This document shows positions 19,310 through 20,000 of a stretch of DNA of 20,000 bases, piece by piece. The notes below the pieces were generated by a model. It ran no database searches. It was not told the DNA's origin and was given only the letters and a program-made list of their open reading frames with translations. The position numbers were made by a program, and so were the translations under genes. Source of the stretch: Chiloscyllium plagiosum (taxonomy: Eukaryota); contig NC_057719.1 of the NCBI RefSeq assembly GCF_004010195.1, positions 57,184,420 through 57,204,419 of the forward strand, given 5' to 3'. How positions within the stretch are numbered: position 1 is the first letter of the stretch; each line of letters begins with the position of its first letter.

Positions 19310-20000
19310 AGTCTAGATTAGAGTTGTGCTGGAAAAGCATAGCAGTCCAGACAGCTGCTCCAATCCCGACTTAACCATCAAACCAGCAGATAAAGGGGGT
19401 GCAGTGGTAGTTTGGCGCATTGATCTCTGCACCGCTGAAGCCAGATGCCAACTCAAAGACATCTCCTCCTACTGCCCCCTTGACCATGACCCCACCCCCT
19501 ATCACCAAACCATCATCTCCCAGACCATATACAACCTCATTACCTCAGAAGATCTCCTAACCACAGCTTCCAACCTTGTAGTCCGGGAACTCCGCACTGC
19601 CCGATTCTACCTCCTTCCCAAGATCCACAAGCCTGACCACCCCGGCCGACCCATTGTCTCAGCCTGCTCCTGCCCCACCGAACTCATCTCCACCTACCTT
19701 GATACTGTCCTATCCCTCCAGTCCAGGGACTCCCCACGTACTTTCGAGACACCACCCATGCCCTCCACCTCCTCCAAGACTTCAGTTTCCCTGGCCCCCA
19801 ACACCTCATCTTCACCATGGATATCCAATCCCTCTACACCTCCATCCGCCATGACCAGGGCCTCCAAGCTCTCCGGTTCTTCCTCTCCTGATGTCCCCAA
19901 CAGTACACTTCCACCAACACTCTCATTCGTTTGGCTGAACTGGTCCTTACCCTCAACAATTTCTCCTTCGAATCCTCCCACTTCCTCCAGATCAAAGGGG
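19305..20000 (+). mobile_element. 5'-truncated Penelope-like element: inverted pLTR piece (19305-19355) plus disrupted RT ORF continuing past the window
   Basis: From 19362: NPDLTIKPADKGGAVVVW..FYLLPKIHKPDHPGRPIVSACSCPTE; after a frameshift near 19719, IFTMDIQSLYTSI..LVLTLNNFSFESSHFLQIKG. ADKG, LPKIHK, RPIVS and DxxSLYT are PLE RT motifs. In-frame TGA at 19889-19891. Confidence 0.95.

Noticed and set aside
19654..19981. ORFs 19694-19981 (-) and 19654-19854 (+)
   Set aside because: Antisense and off-frame readings of the C-rich Penelope RT sequence.

Overview
Repeat-dominated vertebrate genomic DNA with no recognisable host exon. The repeat set (HE1/V-type tRNA-SINEs, CR1/HER1-type LINEs, Penelope pLTR fragments) points to a cartilaginous fish, probably a shark (inference). 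The window is a stack of nested transposon fossils: a decayed Ty3/gypsy gag-protease-integrase remnant (about 810-2430, minus) interrupted by a Penelope fragment and a TA-flanked MITE; a 2.3 kb 5'-truncated CR1 (3455-5789, minus); several other LINE fragments; two SINE families; decayed Harbinger-type Myb/SANT elements; a possible solo LTR; and a CR1 5' half (ORF1 esterase plus ORF2) cut by a Penelope-like RT element that runs off the window end. The most notable signal is about ten short Penelope-derived insertions from 3-4 families. Most carry a minimal hammerhead-ribozyme core (CUGAUGA-N-stem II-GAAA-NUH) with family-specific but pairing-preserving stems. Several are fold-back palindromes with 8-16 bp target-site duplications, and their breakpoints cluster at the 5' edge of the ribozyme. 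All family names come from motif recognition, not database searches.
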